Translations under genes and position numbers: made by a program
Notes under the pieces: generated by a model
The model's input: the letters and a program-made list of their open reading frames with translations, nothing else
Told to the model about the DNA's origin: nothing
The model's database searches: none
Assembly: GCA_963810935.1 (NCBI GenBank)
Contig: CAWEPK010000012.1
Span: 32,001-96,000, forward strand
From: an uncultured delta proteobacterium
GTDB lineage: Bacteria; Desulfobacterota; Syntrophorhabdia; Syntrophorhabdales; WCHB1-27
Direction: 5' to 3'
Length of the DNA: 64,000 nucleotides
Shown here: positions 9,822 through 20,669 of the stretch, in pieces
Position numbering within the stretch: the stretch's first letter is position 1
Layout: every line of letters starts with the position of its first letter

Positions 9822-11006
9822 GTGGACCGACAGACTCGTTCCCGGCATTTTTCGTCGATATGGCGCTGCTTATTGTTCGGGCTGCTGCTCATAGTTGCAT
9901 CTACGCCCGCTCGCGCCGCCACTCTCGCGGATATCCCCGGCCCCGTTAGCGACGCTGCAATGCGTCTCGTGCGATATTGCAGCGATTTCAAGGCCGGTCT
10001 CGATGAACAGGCGGTTGCTACCCTGGTCGATTTCGTCCTGACGTCAAAGGACGGCAGTGAATACGCCCTCCCGAAATCGAATGAGTGCGTCGGGGCCTAC
10101 TATGATTTTCATACACAGACCGCCTTTCCCCGGTTGGTGGAGTATACCTATAGCTCATCCGTTCCGGCGGTCATTGCAAGACCATCGTCCCTGCGCTACT
10201 CCATATGGACGAATCCCGGAAACGACATGCAAAGGATGCCTCGAAAATGGAGCGCGATTCCGCCTAAAGGGGCTCCAGTCGTTATCCGCGGCAGGCAGCA
10301 CGAATCGAACACCCCTGACCTGAACACCGGCGTTTATTATGACTACGAGCTGGAAAGCACCCTTATTCTCCTTAACCACGACGGCCGGCAGGTGTTCATC
10401 TCCATATCGAAGCAGGTCGACAAATCAAGCGTCGGAAAAAAAGGGGTCATTCTGGGGAACGATAATGACTGGACCTACTTCTATTCGAATGAGCCGGGTA
10501 CCATGAAAAGCGGACTTGGGTGGGCAAAATCCTACATCTACGATTATTTTTCGGTTGTCGTTTATGTCGAATCGGACGGCTCGCCCGCAATGGTCAGTAC
10601 TGCAATGTTTCAATGGCTTCGAGCCGGCTGGATGGGTATCAACTTTGTCAAACCGGGTGATATACTGGGAGGCCTGAAACGATTCGCCACTAGTTTCAAG
10701 ACGGTCCTTGAGTCGCCGCGCCTTCCTGCCCCGAGTCAGCTCGCATCGGTCTATCGGTCGCTTTCAAACATGCCCGCATCTGATTTGACCCGTGAATATG
10801 CCGCACTACAGCAGGCGGTACGGTCCCTGGCTGTAGAGACCGGTAAAATAAGCGAATCCGGGGCTGACAAGAACCGATCCCGTGTTTACACATCAAGAAA
10901 GCAGATGGTGCAAGAGCTTATGCTCGAATACCTGAAAACAGCCCTGGGAAAACCAACACCCCTCGAAAAACGGTTCTTCCAGTCTTCAGCCGCGACATCA
11001 CAATAA
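9822..11006 (+). CDS. Exported hypothetical protein
   Basis: 394-aa uninterrupted ORF with a Sec-type signal peptide (..LLIVASTPARA) and protein-like composition; no motif recognised. Confidence 0.7.
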   Translation: MDRQTRSRHFSSIWRCLLFGLLLIVASTPARAATLADIPGPVSDAAMRLVRYCSDFKAGLDEQAVATLVDFVLTSKDGSEYALPKSNECVGAYYDFHTQTAFPRLVEYTYSSSVPAVIARPSSLRYSIWTNPGNDMQRMPRKWSAIPPKGAPVVIRGRQHESNTPDLNTGVYYDYELESTLILLNHDGRQVFISISKQVDKSSVGKKGVILGNDNDWTYFYSNEPGTMKSGLGWAKSYIYDYFSVVVYVESDGSPAMVSTAMFQWLRAGWMGINFVKPGDILGGLKRFATSFKTVLESPRLPAPSQLASVYRSLSNMPASDLTREYAALQQAVRSLAVETGKISESGADKNRSRVYTSRKQMVQELMLEYLKTALGKPTPLEKRFFQSSAATSQ

Positions 11007-11025
11007 GACCCGGCCGCATATAAAC

Positions 11026-12783
11026 CTACGCTTCAGGGTAGCTGATAACGTCGGAGGGACAGGTCGAGGCACACAGCCCGCATGCCACGCAGGTATCCTG
11101 CTTGATGTGGGCTTTCGGGACTACACTCTCCGTCTGCGGGCCGAAGAGGGCTACAGGCACTTGCACAAGCTCGATCTCGATGGCGCCGTGCGGGCACGCC
11201 TCCTTGCACGAGCCGCAGCCGCTGCACCGCTCTTCGTTGACTTCCGGCAGCACCCGCTCCTCTTCGTCGTCAAGCCGCATCTCGCCCATGGCCCCGAGCA
11301 CCTCGCGCGCCTCCCATCTGGCTGGGCGTGGGTGGCGGATGAAGCCGACGTGGTATCGCTTCCTGCCCCATTTCGTCGGCGACCAGCGCAACTGAGGCTC
11401 CGACCTGTAAGCAGAGAGGAATTCTTTACCGCGCACGACGGCAGCGCAATCGTCGAGCCGGATAACCTTATCGACCGCGAAGCGCATCTGCCTGCCGCCG
11501 CCGGAGACGACGACCGGTCCGCTATCCAACGTTACGTCTTCGCCCTCTTCCAGATGTATGAAGAGCACGCCCTCGCGCCTTGCCGCTTCATAGGCAAGCT
11601 CTTCATAAGAAGGCGCGGCCATGTTGCGCGTGAGCACGTAGACGGTCTTCCCTGCTGCGCGCAAGGTTCTCGCAGCATCGATGAACCTGGACGAGAAGAA
11701 TTCGTAGTACATCCGCGTTGCCGGGTCGTCCGTGCCCAGGTAGAAAAGGCAGGAATCGAAAGGACCGTCCGGGATGGAAATCTCCGGAGGCTCTTCCCTG
11801 TAAAGCCTTGCGTCGGGTGACGCAGGCAGCTTGCCGTTACCGCTCGCCCCTTTTGCTGCATCATGGACGGCTGCGAAACCGGCCCCAAAGCCCGTAAGGA
11901 TCGAGTCCTTGATGTTCATCGGCTCTAAGGCCCCGCCGCATGCATAGACGCCTTCCGCATCGGTAGCGAGCGCCCCTTTTTCACCGACGAAGCCGGAGGC
12001 ATTGAGCGAAAAGCCGAGCACGCCCGCAACGTCCGCAAGCGCCGGGTTCGGGCGCAGGCCGATCGCCATCACTACGTAATCGAACGCCTCTTCTTGGAGC
12101 TTGCCGGCCGAAAAATAGCGCAGCCGCACTTCATCGCCGTCAGCCTCGAAGTACCGCGAGTTGGCCCGGACGAACCTTACGCCGCCGTCGCGGTAGATCT
12201 TCTCCATGAAAAACTCGCTCCCGAACAGGCGCAGGTCGTTGTAGAAAACAGTAATGGCCGGGTTCGCCCTCTGGAGCGTCCACTTGATTTCTCTGATCGT
12301 GTAAGAACAGCAGACGGACGAGCAAAGGGGATACTCTTCGCAGCGCGAGCCGACGCACATGACGAAGGCGATACGGTTAAAATCTGCCGGCAGCTCGCCG
12401 TTCCGCTGGTCGATGAGGGCGTCATATTCGAGGCTCGTCAGTACCTTCGGCCCCTTATAGGCGACCGGGTCGTAAGGCAAAAGGCCCGTAGCGACGACGA
12501 CCTTATCCGCATCTATGGCCCGCCCGTCCGACAGAAGAAGGGAAAAGCCGCCGTTTCTTCTCTGCGCCGATACGATCCTTGCCCCGCTGATTACTGTAAG
12601 GCCGGGGTGGCCGCTTATCTCGTCGTGGAACGCCTTGAAGCCGACCCGGCAGTTGGCAATGCGCGCCATGAGGCCGCCGGGGGCGTCCGCCGCTTCGACC
12701 ACGGTGGCCTTATGGCCTTCTTTCAGTATGACTTTAGCGGCTGATATGCCGCTTATGCCGCCGCCCACTATGACTACGTTCAT
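11026..12783 (-). CDS. HdrA-like FAD/Fe-S protein (one intact and one degenerate TrxR-like domain, C-terminal ferredoxin)
   Basis: MNVVIVGGGISG, CVGSR..CSSVCC cluster motif, C-terminal CSGCGSC..CP and CVACGLC..CP; ATG 12783 overlaps the hdrB-like stop. Confidence 0.85.
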   Translation of the reverse strand: MNVVIVGGGISGISAAKVILKEGHKATVVEAADAPGGLMARIANCRVGFKAFHDEISGHPGLTVISGARIVSAQRRNGGFSLLLSDGRAIDADKVVVATGLLPYDPVAYKGPKVLTSLEYDALIDQRNGELPADFNRIAFVMCVGSRCEEYPLCSSVCCSYTIREIKWTLQRANPAITVFYNDLRLFGSEFFMEKIYRDGGVRFVRANSRYFEADGDEVRLRYFSAGKLQEEAFDYVVMAIGLRPNPALADVAGVLGFSLNASGFVGEKGALATDAEGVYACGGALEPMNIKDSILTGFGAGFAAVHDAAKGASGNGKLPASPDARLYREEPPEISIPDGPFDSCLFYLGTDDPATRMYYEFFSSRFIDAARTLRAAGKTVYVLTRNMAAPSYEELAYEAARREGVLFIHLEEGEDVTLDSGPVVVSGGGRQMRFAVDKVIRLDDCAAVVRGKEFLSAYRSEPQLRWSPTKWGRKRYHVGFIRHPRPARWEAREVLGAMGEMRLDDEEERVLPEVNEERCSGCGSCKEACPHGAIEIELVQVPVALFGPQTESVVPKAHIKQDTCVACGLCASTCPSDVISYPEA

Positions 12784-13463
12784 ATTTTGCCGCTCTCTCC
12801 CATCACGTAGAGCAAAAGGTCCGTCAGGTAGATTACTTTCCTGTCGCGAGCGAATGTCGTCAGGGCCATGTGGCACAGGGGGCAGAAGACGACGAGTGTC
12901 CCCGCCGATTTTTCGAGGATCAGCATGGAAAGCTTTTCGGTGGCCCACTTGCCGGCAAAGAACCGGCCGCCGCCGCAGCATTTGTCCTTCACCTTCTCCC
13001 CTTCTATCTCCCCGCCGAAGAAGGAGATCGCCTCTTCCATGACGTTCTTGTTCCTGATGGCCGTCCCTTCCGGCCGAAGGAGTATGCACCCATAATAGGC
13101 CGTGAAAACGCGCCCTTTCAGGTCGCGCTTCGCCGGAAGACGCGAGAGCGCGTCCCCGTCGATAAGCTCCAGCGGGCTCAGCACGTTGAACGCCTTCTCC
13201 GCGTCCGCCTCCTTCAGGTTCTTATAACAGGCAGGGCAAGGCGCGACTATCCCCGCCCCGCTTGCGCCTTCCGCTTTTTGCAGGTTCTCGCCCGATAGTT
13301 TCAACAGCTCCCTGCGGTCGCCGTACTCCATCGCCCCGCAGCAGTTCCAGTCGGGCACGTCTTTCAGGGTGTGGCCCAGCGCAGCGGCAATCCGCCTCAC
13401 GCCCTTATCGAGGACGCGCGCGGAGCCTGTCAGTGAGCAGCCTGGGTAGTAGGCGTAATCCAT
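12780..13463 (-). CDS. hdrB: Heterodisulfide reductase subunit B-like (two CCG domains, short)
   Basis: YYPGCSL, DWNCCG, PCPAC, YYGC.L.RP, CCGG, CPLC. Confidence 0.85.
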   Translation of the reverse strand: MDYAYYPGCSLTGSARVLDKGVRRIAAALGHTLKDVPDWNCCGAMEYGDRRELLKLSGENLQKAEGASGAGIVAPCPACYKNLKEADAEKAFNVLSPLELIDGDALSRLPAKRDLKGRVFTAYYGCILLRPEGTAIRNKNVMEEAISFFGGEIEGEKVKDKCCGGGRFFAGKWATEKLSMLILEKSAGTLVVFCPLCHMALTTFARDRKVIYLTDLLLYVMGESGKI

Positions 13464-13922
13464 CTATCTCCTTTTCACCTTATGCGGCAGGTGGAAGCTC
13501 ACGTATCCGGTCCATCTGGTCAGGTGCTTCAGGTAGCCCTCCTTAACGAGGAAACCGAAGGCCCGCATGAATACGAACGGCTCGTACACCCTGCCAAGCG
13601 CGGCCACCGACGTTTTGAACGCCTTCTCGAAAGGCGAGGCGACGTGCAGCTCTTCGCGCAGGGCCATGACTACATCCGGCACGCGCACCTGCCACGGGCA
13701 GACCGAAGTGCAGCGGTAGCAGCCGGTGCAGTAGCGGACAAGGTCGTTATCCGCGTTGATCTCTTCCCCCAGGAACAGTTTCGCAAGCAGCTCCTGCGGG
13801 TTGACGCCGAGACCCAGGTCGTTAACCGTGCAGACGGACGCGCATATCTTGCAGCCGAGGCAGACCGAGAGGTCTTCCCAGCGAACCCCGGCGAACTCAA
13901 CAATGTTGTTAATCTTCTGCAT
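13464..13922 (-). CDS. hdrC: Heterodisulfide reductase subunit C-like 2x[4Fe-4S] protein
   Basis: CLGCKICASVC and CTGCYRCTSVCP; immediately upstream of the hdrB-like gene. Confidence 0.8.
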   Translation of the reverse strand: MQKINNIVEFAGVRWEDLSVCLGCKICASVCTVNDLGLGVNPQELLAKLFLGEEINADNDLVRYCTGCYRCTSVCPWQVRVPDVVMALREELHVASPFEKAFKTSVAALGRVYEPFVFMRAFGFLVKEGYLKHLTRWTGYVSFHLPHKVKRR

Positions 13923-14931
13923 CGTGAAGCTCGTCCTCCTGGAACGTCAGATAGGGTATGGCCTCGTCGGCGCTGCGTCCCGACATGTAGCCGAACATGC
14001 CTTGCAGCCTTTCCGATATGCCTTTGAAGTAGCTCGCCAGCGGGATGGCCTGCGGGCAGGCCTCCTCGCACGCGCCGCACCCGACGCACGATTGTGACAC
14101 GTGAAACATTCTGACCAGATGAAAAACCTCGCGCCCCTGGGGCATGGCGCATGATCCGGTCCGCAGCACCTTGTTGAGCAGCGCATCGCCCTTCGGCACG
14201 TATTCATCGCCGTTGAACAGGCAGTCGATGCAGTAGCAGACCGGGCAGACGTCGCGGCAGTTCTTGCACATGATGCATGATGCGAAGTCTTTCTCGAAGG
14301 CGGCCATGTCCGTACGGAAAGGGGCATCCTTTGACGCGGCGGCATCAGTCAAAAGCATCTCCGGCGTCCCCTCCGCAGCATCAGTCTCGATGAGACCCAG
14401 GAACGATTCTCCCTTTTCCGTAAACGAGTACGCCCACAGGCTTCCGTCCGAGGCAACGCGTACGCCCGCGTCCCCAACTACCGCCCTGTGTTCCCTGCAA
14501 GTGCGGCAGGCGCTCCGCATCTTGTCGGATGTCTTGAAATATTCGGTGAGGCCCTGCGCGTCGGAAGGCAGGTCCGTGATTTTCTCCTTCGAAGAAACGG
14601 TGCCGGGGCAATCGATGCTCACCGCAATGATGCCCGCGGGCTCTACCTGGGTCAGTTTCGTCAGCTCGACGTACGACCTTATCTCGCAGGGGCGCAGCAT
14701 CAGCACAATCTTTGCGCCCTTTGAAAAGAGCCGCCGCAGATAGAGCGCGCCGTTCACGTCGAAGTAAGGGTTGAAGAGCACGTAATTGTCAACGGCCCCT
14801 TTGAAGATGCGGTGGCGCACGCCCGCAGGCCCCTTGTCAAACCCGAAGACAAGACAGCCCTCTTCGCTGAGGAACCGGTTGAGGGCGCCTGTGAGCGCGC
14901 CGTCTTTAAGCTTTTTTGCCTGCGTCTGCAT
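13909..14931 (-). CDS. FdhB/FrhB-family-like 4Fe-4S dicluster protein
   Basis: RPCE, IDCPGT, RSACRTC, CIMCKNCRDVCPVCYCIDC, FHLVRMFH..SCVGCGACEEACP; follows mvhD. Confidence 0.75.
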   Translation of the reverse strand: MQTQAKKLKDGALTGALNRFLSEEGCLVFGFDKGPAGVRHRIFKGAVDNYVLFNPYFDVNGALYLRRLFSKGAKIVLMLRPCEIRSYVELTKLTQVEPAGIIAVSIDCPGTVSSKEKITDLPSDAQGLTEYFKTSDKMRSACRTCREHRAVVGDAGVRVASDGSLWAYSFTEKGESFLGLIETDAAEGTPEMLLTDAAASKDAPFRTDMAAFEKDFASCIMCKNCRDVCPVCYCIDCLFNGDEYVPKGDALLNKVLRTGSCAMPQGREVFHLVRMFHVSQSCVGCGACEEACPQAIPLASYFKGISERLQGMFGYMSGRSADEAIPYLTFQEDELHDAED

Positions 14932-15328
14932 GGGCAGCTTCCTTTGTCCCTTCGTACAGGGCGGTCACTTTTTGAACGAAGCGGCGGGCCTCCGCTGCGC
15001 TCACCCAGAAGAGCCGCAGCCTGTCCTTCATGGAGAATGCGTCGAACATCTCCTTCAGGGCCGCGATCTTCCGCCTGGTAAAATAATTTCCCTTGATGAA
15101 ATGGCAATCGCCGGGATGGCAGCCCGCGACAAAGACCGCGTCCGCGCCGTCGAAGATCGACTTTATCACGAACGCCGGGTCCACCCTGCTTGAGCACGGC
15201 ACCTGGACGAGGCGCACCCCATCCGGGTATTTCATCCTGAGGCTGCCCGCCATCTCGGATGCCTTGAACGTGCAGAAGGAGCAGGCAAAACCGACTATCT
15301 GCGGCCGTACCCCGGTCTGTTCTCCCAT
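14906..15328 (-). CDS. mvhD: MvhD-type [2Fe-2S] hydrogenase iron-sulfur subunit
   Basis: GFACSFC, VPCSSRVDP, GADAVFVAGCHPGDCHF, RLRLFWVSAAE. Confidence 0.92.
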   Translation of the reverse strand: MGEQTGVRPQIVGFACSFCTFKASEMAGSLRMKYPDGVRLVQVPCSSRVDPAFVIKSIFDGADAVFVAGCHPGDCHFIKGNYFTRRKIAALKEMFDAFSMKDRLRLFWVSAAEARRFVQKVTALYEGTKEAAHADAGKKA

Positions 15329-15350
15329 ATTTAAGTTCCCCTCTTATTAT

Positions 15351-17024
15351 TCATATGGCCTCCACGAGGGCCGATATCTCATCGTCTATCGCGCTGTCCA
15401 CATAGCCCCTAAGCCTGATGGCGGACGACGGGCATGTCGAGTTGCACAGGCCGCAGCCCATGCATGCCGCCTCCTCGACGCGGACTACCCGCGCCTCTTC
15501 GTCGAACTTTATCGCCTTCGCGACGCACGCCTTCTCGCACATCCTGCAACCGCTGCACCGCTTTATATCGACGGCAGCGACGAACGGGTCCACCGCTGCC
15601 CACCCCGCGCTTAAAAAACCGTAAAGCTTCATTGCCGAGGCCCTGCCGTGGTTGAGCGACTCTTCCATGTCCTTGGGGCCGGAGCACGTGCCTGCTATGA
15701 ATATGCCCTTGACCGCCGTATCGTACGGCCTGAGCTTTACATGCGCCTCGAGGAAGAACTTGTCCTTGTCGAGGGTGATCTTCATGAGCGACGCGATGGC
15801 CGCGCTGTCCGCAGGCGGCGACATGCCGACGGAGAGCACTGCGAGGTCGAATTCCCTTTCGAACGGCTCGTCGAGTAGCGTATCCTCACCGCGCACCAGC
15901 AACCCTTTCGGGCCGGGCACGATCTCCGCTACGTTGCCGCGCGTAAAAAGCGTGCCCTTCTCCTGCGTATCCTCGAAGAACTCCTCTCCGCCGCGCGGGT
16001 GGGCGCGTACGTCCATGTAGAAACACTCGACGTATGACCCATCGTACTTTTGCTTTACCGCCTCGGCGATGCGCAGGGCGTTGATGCAGCAGACCCTCGA
16101 GCAGTACGGCCTTCCCACCTGCTCGTCTCTCGACCCGACACAATGGAGGATGGCCACCCTGGGCTTCGCTGGCAGGGAAAGGCCCTCCCTTCTTTGCTCG
16201 AATTCAACCGTAGTCATGACCCGCTCGTCTTTGCCGTAGGCAAGCTCGGGTTTTGCTGATGCGTCGAAGGGGGAAAACCCGATCGCTATGATGCAGCCGC
16301 CAGCGGTTACCTCCCGCTCGCCGTCAGGGGTCTGTAAGGTCGCCCTGTAGTTTCCGAAAGCGCCCTCGAAATTGCTGACGGCCGTCGAGGTGAAAACCTC
16401 CACGTTGCTGCGGCCGCGCAATTCCGCTTCCATCTCTTCAATGACTGCGGCTCCGTCCTTCCTGATGGGCCATATATCCCTCAGCGTCCTCACGTGCCCT
16501 CCGAGGACAGGCCCTTTCTCGACGAGATAGACGTGCATGCCCATGTTCGACAGGAAAAGCGCCGCGGACAAGCCTGAGACGCCCCCGCCGACAATCAGGG
16601 CCGATTTCGTGACCTCGACCATCTTTTCTTCGAGGGGTACGTAATGGGCTGCGGAATAAAGACCTGCGCGGATCAGGCGTATGGCCTTTTCCGTGTTGCG
16701 GGCGACGTCGTCGCCCACCCAGGAGCAGTGCTCCCTGATGCCCACCCTGCGGAGCAGAAACGGGTTAAGGTTCGATTTTCGGAGGAGGTCCTTGAAAAGC
16801 TCGTCATGGAGCGACGGCGTGCACGAGGCGATGATTACGCGGTCGAGCCCTTCCTTCTCGATGCTCTCACGTATCATGTCCTGGCCCGGCTCCGAGCAGA
16901 CAAAGGGGTAATCGGATGCGACGATGACGTTAGGGAATGTGCTGAAGTAGTCGCGGACCTTCCGCACGTCAACCGTGTGCTTGATATTGTGCCCGCAATG
17001 GCAGATAAATATGCCTGTCTTCAT
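15351..17024 (-). CDS. hdrA: HdrA family flavoprotein (N-terminal domain + FAD domain + C-terminal ferredoxin; lacks the inserted ferredoxin)
   Basis: [54 protein letters not shown], two CxxCxxC..CP motifs; ATGA overlap with the upstream gene. Confidence 0.9.
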   Translation of the reverse strand: MKTGIFICHCGHNIKHTVDVRKVRDYFSTFPNVIVASDYPFVCSEPGQDMIRESIEKEGLDRVIIASCTPSLHDELFKDLLRKSNLNPFLLRRVGIREHCSWVGDDVARNTEKAIRLIRAGLYSAAHYVPLEEKMVEVTKSALIVGGGVSGLSAALFLSNMGMHVYLVEKGPVLGGHVRTLRDIWPIRKDGAAVIEEMEAELRGRSNVEVFTSTAVSNFEGAFGNYRATLQTPDGEREVTAGGCIIAIGFSPFDASAKPELAYGKDERVMTTVEFEQRREGLSLPAKPRVAILHCVGSRDEQVGRPYCSRVCCINALRIAEAVKQKYDGSYVECFYMDVRAHPRGGEEFFEDTQEKGTLFTRGNVAEIVPGPKGLLVRGEDTLLDEPFEREFDLAVLSVGMSPPADSAAIASLMKITLDKDKFFLEAHVKLRPYDTAVKGIFIAGTCSGPKDMEESLNHGRASAMKLYGFLSAGWAAVDPFVAAVDIKRCSGCRMCEKACVAKAIKFDEEARVVRVEEAACMGCGLCNSTCPSSAIRLRGYVDSAIDDEISALVEAI

Positions 17025-19737
17025 CTGCTTATATACTCCAGGCAGCGCGACGCCGCCTCCCCTGCCGAGGCGACCGTATCGGGGACGTCCTTCGGACCGG
17101 AGGCCATGCCGCAAACAAATATGCCTTCCACGTCCGTCTTCGACGGCGTCATGGCGTCAACTTTTACGAACCCGTACGTGTCCCGCTCGACGGAAGCCAT
17201 CGCGCAGAGATCGGCTGTCTCCGCACGCGGCCTTACACCTGTCGCCAAAATGACGAGATCGACCTCAATTTCCGCAAGCTCTCCGGATAACATGTCCTCG
17301 ACCCTGACGAGAAAGCCGTTCTCTCCCTTCGTCACCTCGCCGGGCAGGCCCCTTATGTAGCGCACGCCCGCCTCCTGCGCGCTCTTGTAAAATTCCTCGT
17401 AGTTCTTACCGTAAGCGCGCACGTCTATATAGGAGACGTAAACCTCCGCGCCCTTTATCCTGTCGAACACGATGCTCGCGTGCTTCGCCGTATACATGCA
17501 GCAGACGCGGGAGCAAAAGCGCGCGCCCGTCTGCCTGTCCCTGGAGCCGACGCACTGGATGAAAAAGAAGCGCTTCGGCTCTTTTCCATTTACGATGATA
17601 TCGCCGCCGGTCGGCCCCGTGACAGAGCAAATCCTTTCGAACTCGATGCCCGTCAACACGCCCTCCAGCCTGCCGTACCCGTATTCCCCCTTTTCGGTCG
17701 GGTCATACAAGTCGAAGCCGGGGGCGAGGATTATGCCGTCGCAGGCGAGGTCTATAGTCTCGTCTTTCATCGTGTAGTCGATGGCCTTAACGTCACAGCG
17801 GCGTGCGCATTCGCCGCATTCGATGCATCCCTCGACCTGCCCCGCGAGGCAGCGGGATGCTTCCCTGCCTGCCGCCTCCGGCCCGTAGGCCAGGCGGACC
17901 TCCCGGAAATCGGTAACCCGCACCTCCGGCGCTTCTTCCGGCACGGACTCGCGCCGCGCCGGTGCGACCTTCGCCTTTAATTCGGCTTTCTCGGCCTCCG
18001 TTAAGCGGCTGCGGCAGCCTCTGCTGCGGCCTCGGCAACGGGAAGCGGCTCTCCCTTCATGTACAGGTCCATCGACGCGGCCGCCCGCTTGCCTGCCGCT
18101 ATGGCATCGATCACGTATGCCGGGCCTGTGGCTACGTCCCCTCCCGCGAACACGCCCGGCCGGTCCGTCGCGCCTGTCGCCGGGTCCGCCTTTATCGTAC
18201 CGTCTTCCGCTATAGATATGGAAAGGGCGGCGGCAAAGGACGTCTGCGGCGATTGGCCGAGTGCCGTTATCGCCATATCCACCGGAAGCCTGAATTCCGA
18301 GCCTGCCACGGGCAGCGGGCGCCTGCGGCCGGTGCGTCCGGCGCGCCAAGCTCCATGCGCACGCACTCGATCTCCGAAAGCTCCCCGTCTACGGCTATGA
18401 ACCGAACAGGCGCGGCCAGGTATTCGAGCGCTATCCCTTCGGCTGCGAGGGCCTCCACTTCTTCGGCTGCTGCGGGCATCTCCGCTTGCGGTCCTCCGGT
18501 AGATGACGGTCACGTCACTACCGAGCCTTCTCGCAGTCCGCGCGCAATCGACAGCCGTATTGCCTCCGCCTATGACGGCCGCGCGCTTGCCCACGGAAAG
18601 GAACTGCGAGCTTTCGACTGCGCGCAGGAACGTGAGACCGTCGATCACGCCGGGAATGTCTTCGCCGGGTACATTCAGGGCGATGCCGCGCGGCGCGCCC
18701 GTCCCGATGAAGACCGAGTCGTAGCGGGAGGCGATGTTATCCAGCTCCAGGTCTTTCCCTATCGCGACACCGCATTCGATGCGGACGCCTTCCCTGCGGA
18801 TGTACTCAATCTCTGCGGCAAGCTCCGACTTGGGCAGCCTATACTCCGGTATGGCGTACCGCAGCATGCCGCCCGGCTCGGGCAGGGCCTCGAAGACAGT
18901 CACGTCATGGCCCGCAAGGGCAAGATCATGGGCGCATGCGAGCCCGGCAGGGCCTGCACCCACCACCATCGCCCTCTTGCCCGTTTTCTGCAACTGCGGC
19001 GGCGCAGGCTGGACAGGCGCAAGGTCCGCGATTGCCCGCTTCACGTCGCGTATCGCAAGGGGCTGGTCGATCTCTCCCCTGTTGCAGACGCCTTCGCAGG
19101 GCGCATAGCAGACCCTCCCGCAAACGGAAGGGAACGGGTTCGTCTGCCTTATCAGCAGGTAGGCTTCCTCGAACCTGCCCTCGCTTGCATGTTTAAGGTA
19201 ACCCGGCACGTTCGTATGCACCGGGCAGGCGGCGATACAGGCCGCGTGGCACTGCCTCGACCTGCGCTTGTCGATGCTCGCCTTGTTGGGGATCGCCTGC
19301 GGGAAGGGGATGTAAATCGCCTTGCGCGGTCCGGTCCCCATGTTGAACTCGCTTTTCATCACAACGGGGCAGAACGCCGAGCACGCGCCGCATGCGTTGC
19401 ACTTCGCCGTATCGACGAAGCGTGATTTTTTGAGGAGCCTGACCGAGAACCCGTTGTCCGATTTTTCAATGGAGACGGGGCGCGTCCACGAGAGGAGGTC
19501 GATATTCTTCTTGAGCGCCACCTCGACCATCTTGGGCGAGAGCGTGCACGTAGAGCAGTCGAGGGTGGGGAAGGTCTTGTCGAGCTGGATCATCCTGCCG
19601 CCGATAGACGGCCCGGCCTCGACCATAGTCACACGGACGCCGCACGAGGCAAGGTCCAGGGCTGCGGTAATGCCCCCGATACCACCCCCCACGACGACGA
19701 CGTGCTTATCCGCCCCTTCCACCCGAACTTCACTCAT
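17021..19737 (-). CDS. HdrL-like protein: HdrA FAD domain with inserted ferredoxin and GltD/NfnB-like NAD(P)H-binding module (three apparent frameshifts near 18485, 18335, 18010)
   Basis: Joined from ORFs 18001..19737, 18267..18479 and 17021..18349: [100 protein letters not shown]. Confidence 0.85.
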
Positions 19738-20669
19738 CCTTTTAAAATATCTTTCATCTTGTCCCGAAGCTTGTTCGCGTCGCCCACGAACCCGAAATGG
19801 GCGTACTGGAAGATAGGCGCTTCAGGGTCCTTATTGATCGCGATGATGCACTCCGAGTCCTTCATCCCCGCGATATGCTGGAACGCGCCGGAGATGCCCA
19901 TCGCAAAATAGACCTTCGGCTTGACGGTCTTGCCCGACGTCCCTACCTGGCGCGGTTTTGGGAGCCATGCCTTGTCGATGACCGGCCTCGACGCGGACAG
20001 CGTGGCCCTGAGCATGTCGGCAAGCTCCTCGTAGGCCGGTATCTCGTCTTTGCTGCCTATGCCCCTGCCGACTGAGAGCAGGAAATCGGCCTTCGTGATA
20101 TCGATGGCCCCTTTCTCTTCCTCGACGTACTCGATGAAGCTGCGTCCTGCGTCGGCCTCTACTGCGTCGAGCATCGTCTCCGCCGCCTGGGCGCCTTTCG
20201 GCGCAGCCTGTTCCTTGAAGCTGCCGCTCCTGACCGTTGCTATGAAGCAGCCTTCATGCGGCTTGAACTCGCCGAATATCTTGTCCGAATAATAGCTCTT
20301 CACGAAAACGCCGTTGGCCGCCTCGAAGCCGCTCACGTCCGTAATAAGGGGCATGTTAAGACTGCCCGCAGCGTATGACGCAAGCTCGATGCCCGAAGAC
20401 GAGCCGGTGAAGAGTATCGCGTCCGGCATGCCGCCGGCATCGATTGCCTTTTGAAGTATGCGGACCATGTTGAGCGGGTTTAAGAAGTCGGTCTCCGGCG
20501 CCTGCGCCCTTATTACGGCGTCGCTCAATTCCCCGCTGCCGCATACCGCGCCCGCCGGGGCGAGCAGCCGCACCTCCTTGCCCAGCAGGCGCGCAAGGCC
20601 GATGGCGTCCAGGTTCCGTTCCTCGAAAACTCCGCGCCTTACCTCTGCGACAACCAGTGCGTAGCTCAT
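19734..20669 (-). CDS. etfA: Electron transfer flavoprotein alpha subunit
   Basis: [47 protein letters not shown]; start MSYALV at 20669. Confidence 0.93.
   Translation of the reverse strand: MSYALVVAEVRRGVFEERNLDAIGLARLLGKEVRLLAPAGAVCGSGELSDAVIRAQAPETDFLNPLNMVRILQKAIDAGGMPDAILFTGSSSGIELASYAAGSLNMPLITDVSGFEAANGVFVKSYYSDKIFGEFKPHEGCFIATVRSGSFKEQAAPKGAQAAETMLDAVEADAGRSFIEYVEEEKGAIDITKADFLLSVGRGIGSKDEIPAYEELADMLRATLSASRPVIDKAWLPKPRQVGTSGKTVKPKVYFAMGISGAFQHIAGMKDSECIIAINKDPEAPIFQYAHFGFVGDANKLRDKMKDILKG

Noticed and set aside
8976..11006. tRNA-Thr as the attachment site of an integrated element
   Set aside because: No integrase is present, and I found no duplicate of the tRNA 3' end in the window.
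14906..19737. Selenocysteine recoding in MvhD or HdrA/HdrL
   Set aside because: The positions that are Sec in some homologues are Cys codons here (CSFC; DCSTC), and the ORF breaks are frameshifts rather than in-frame TGA.
11026..19737. Class II benzoyl-CoA reductase (bam), Qmo or Hdr-Flx assignment
   Set aside because: No BamB tungsten subunit, QmoC/aprAB or FlxA-type FNR subunit is present; only shared Hdr modules.
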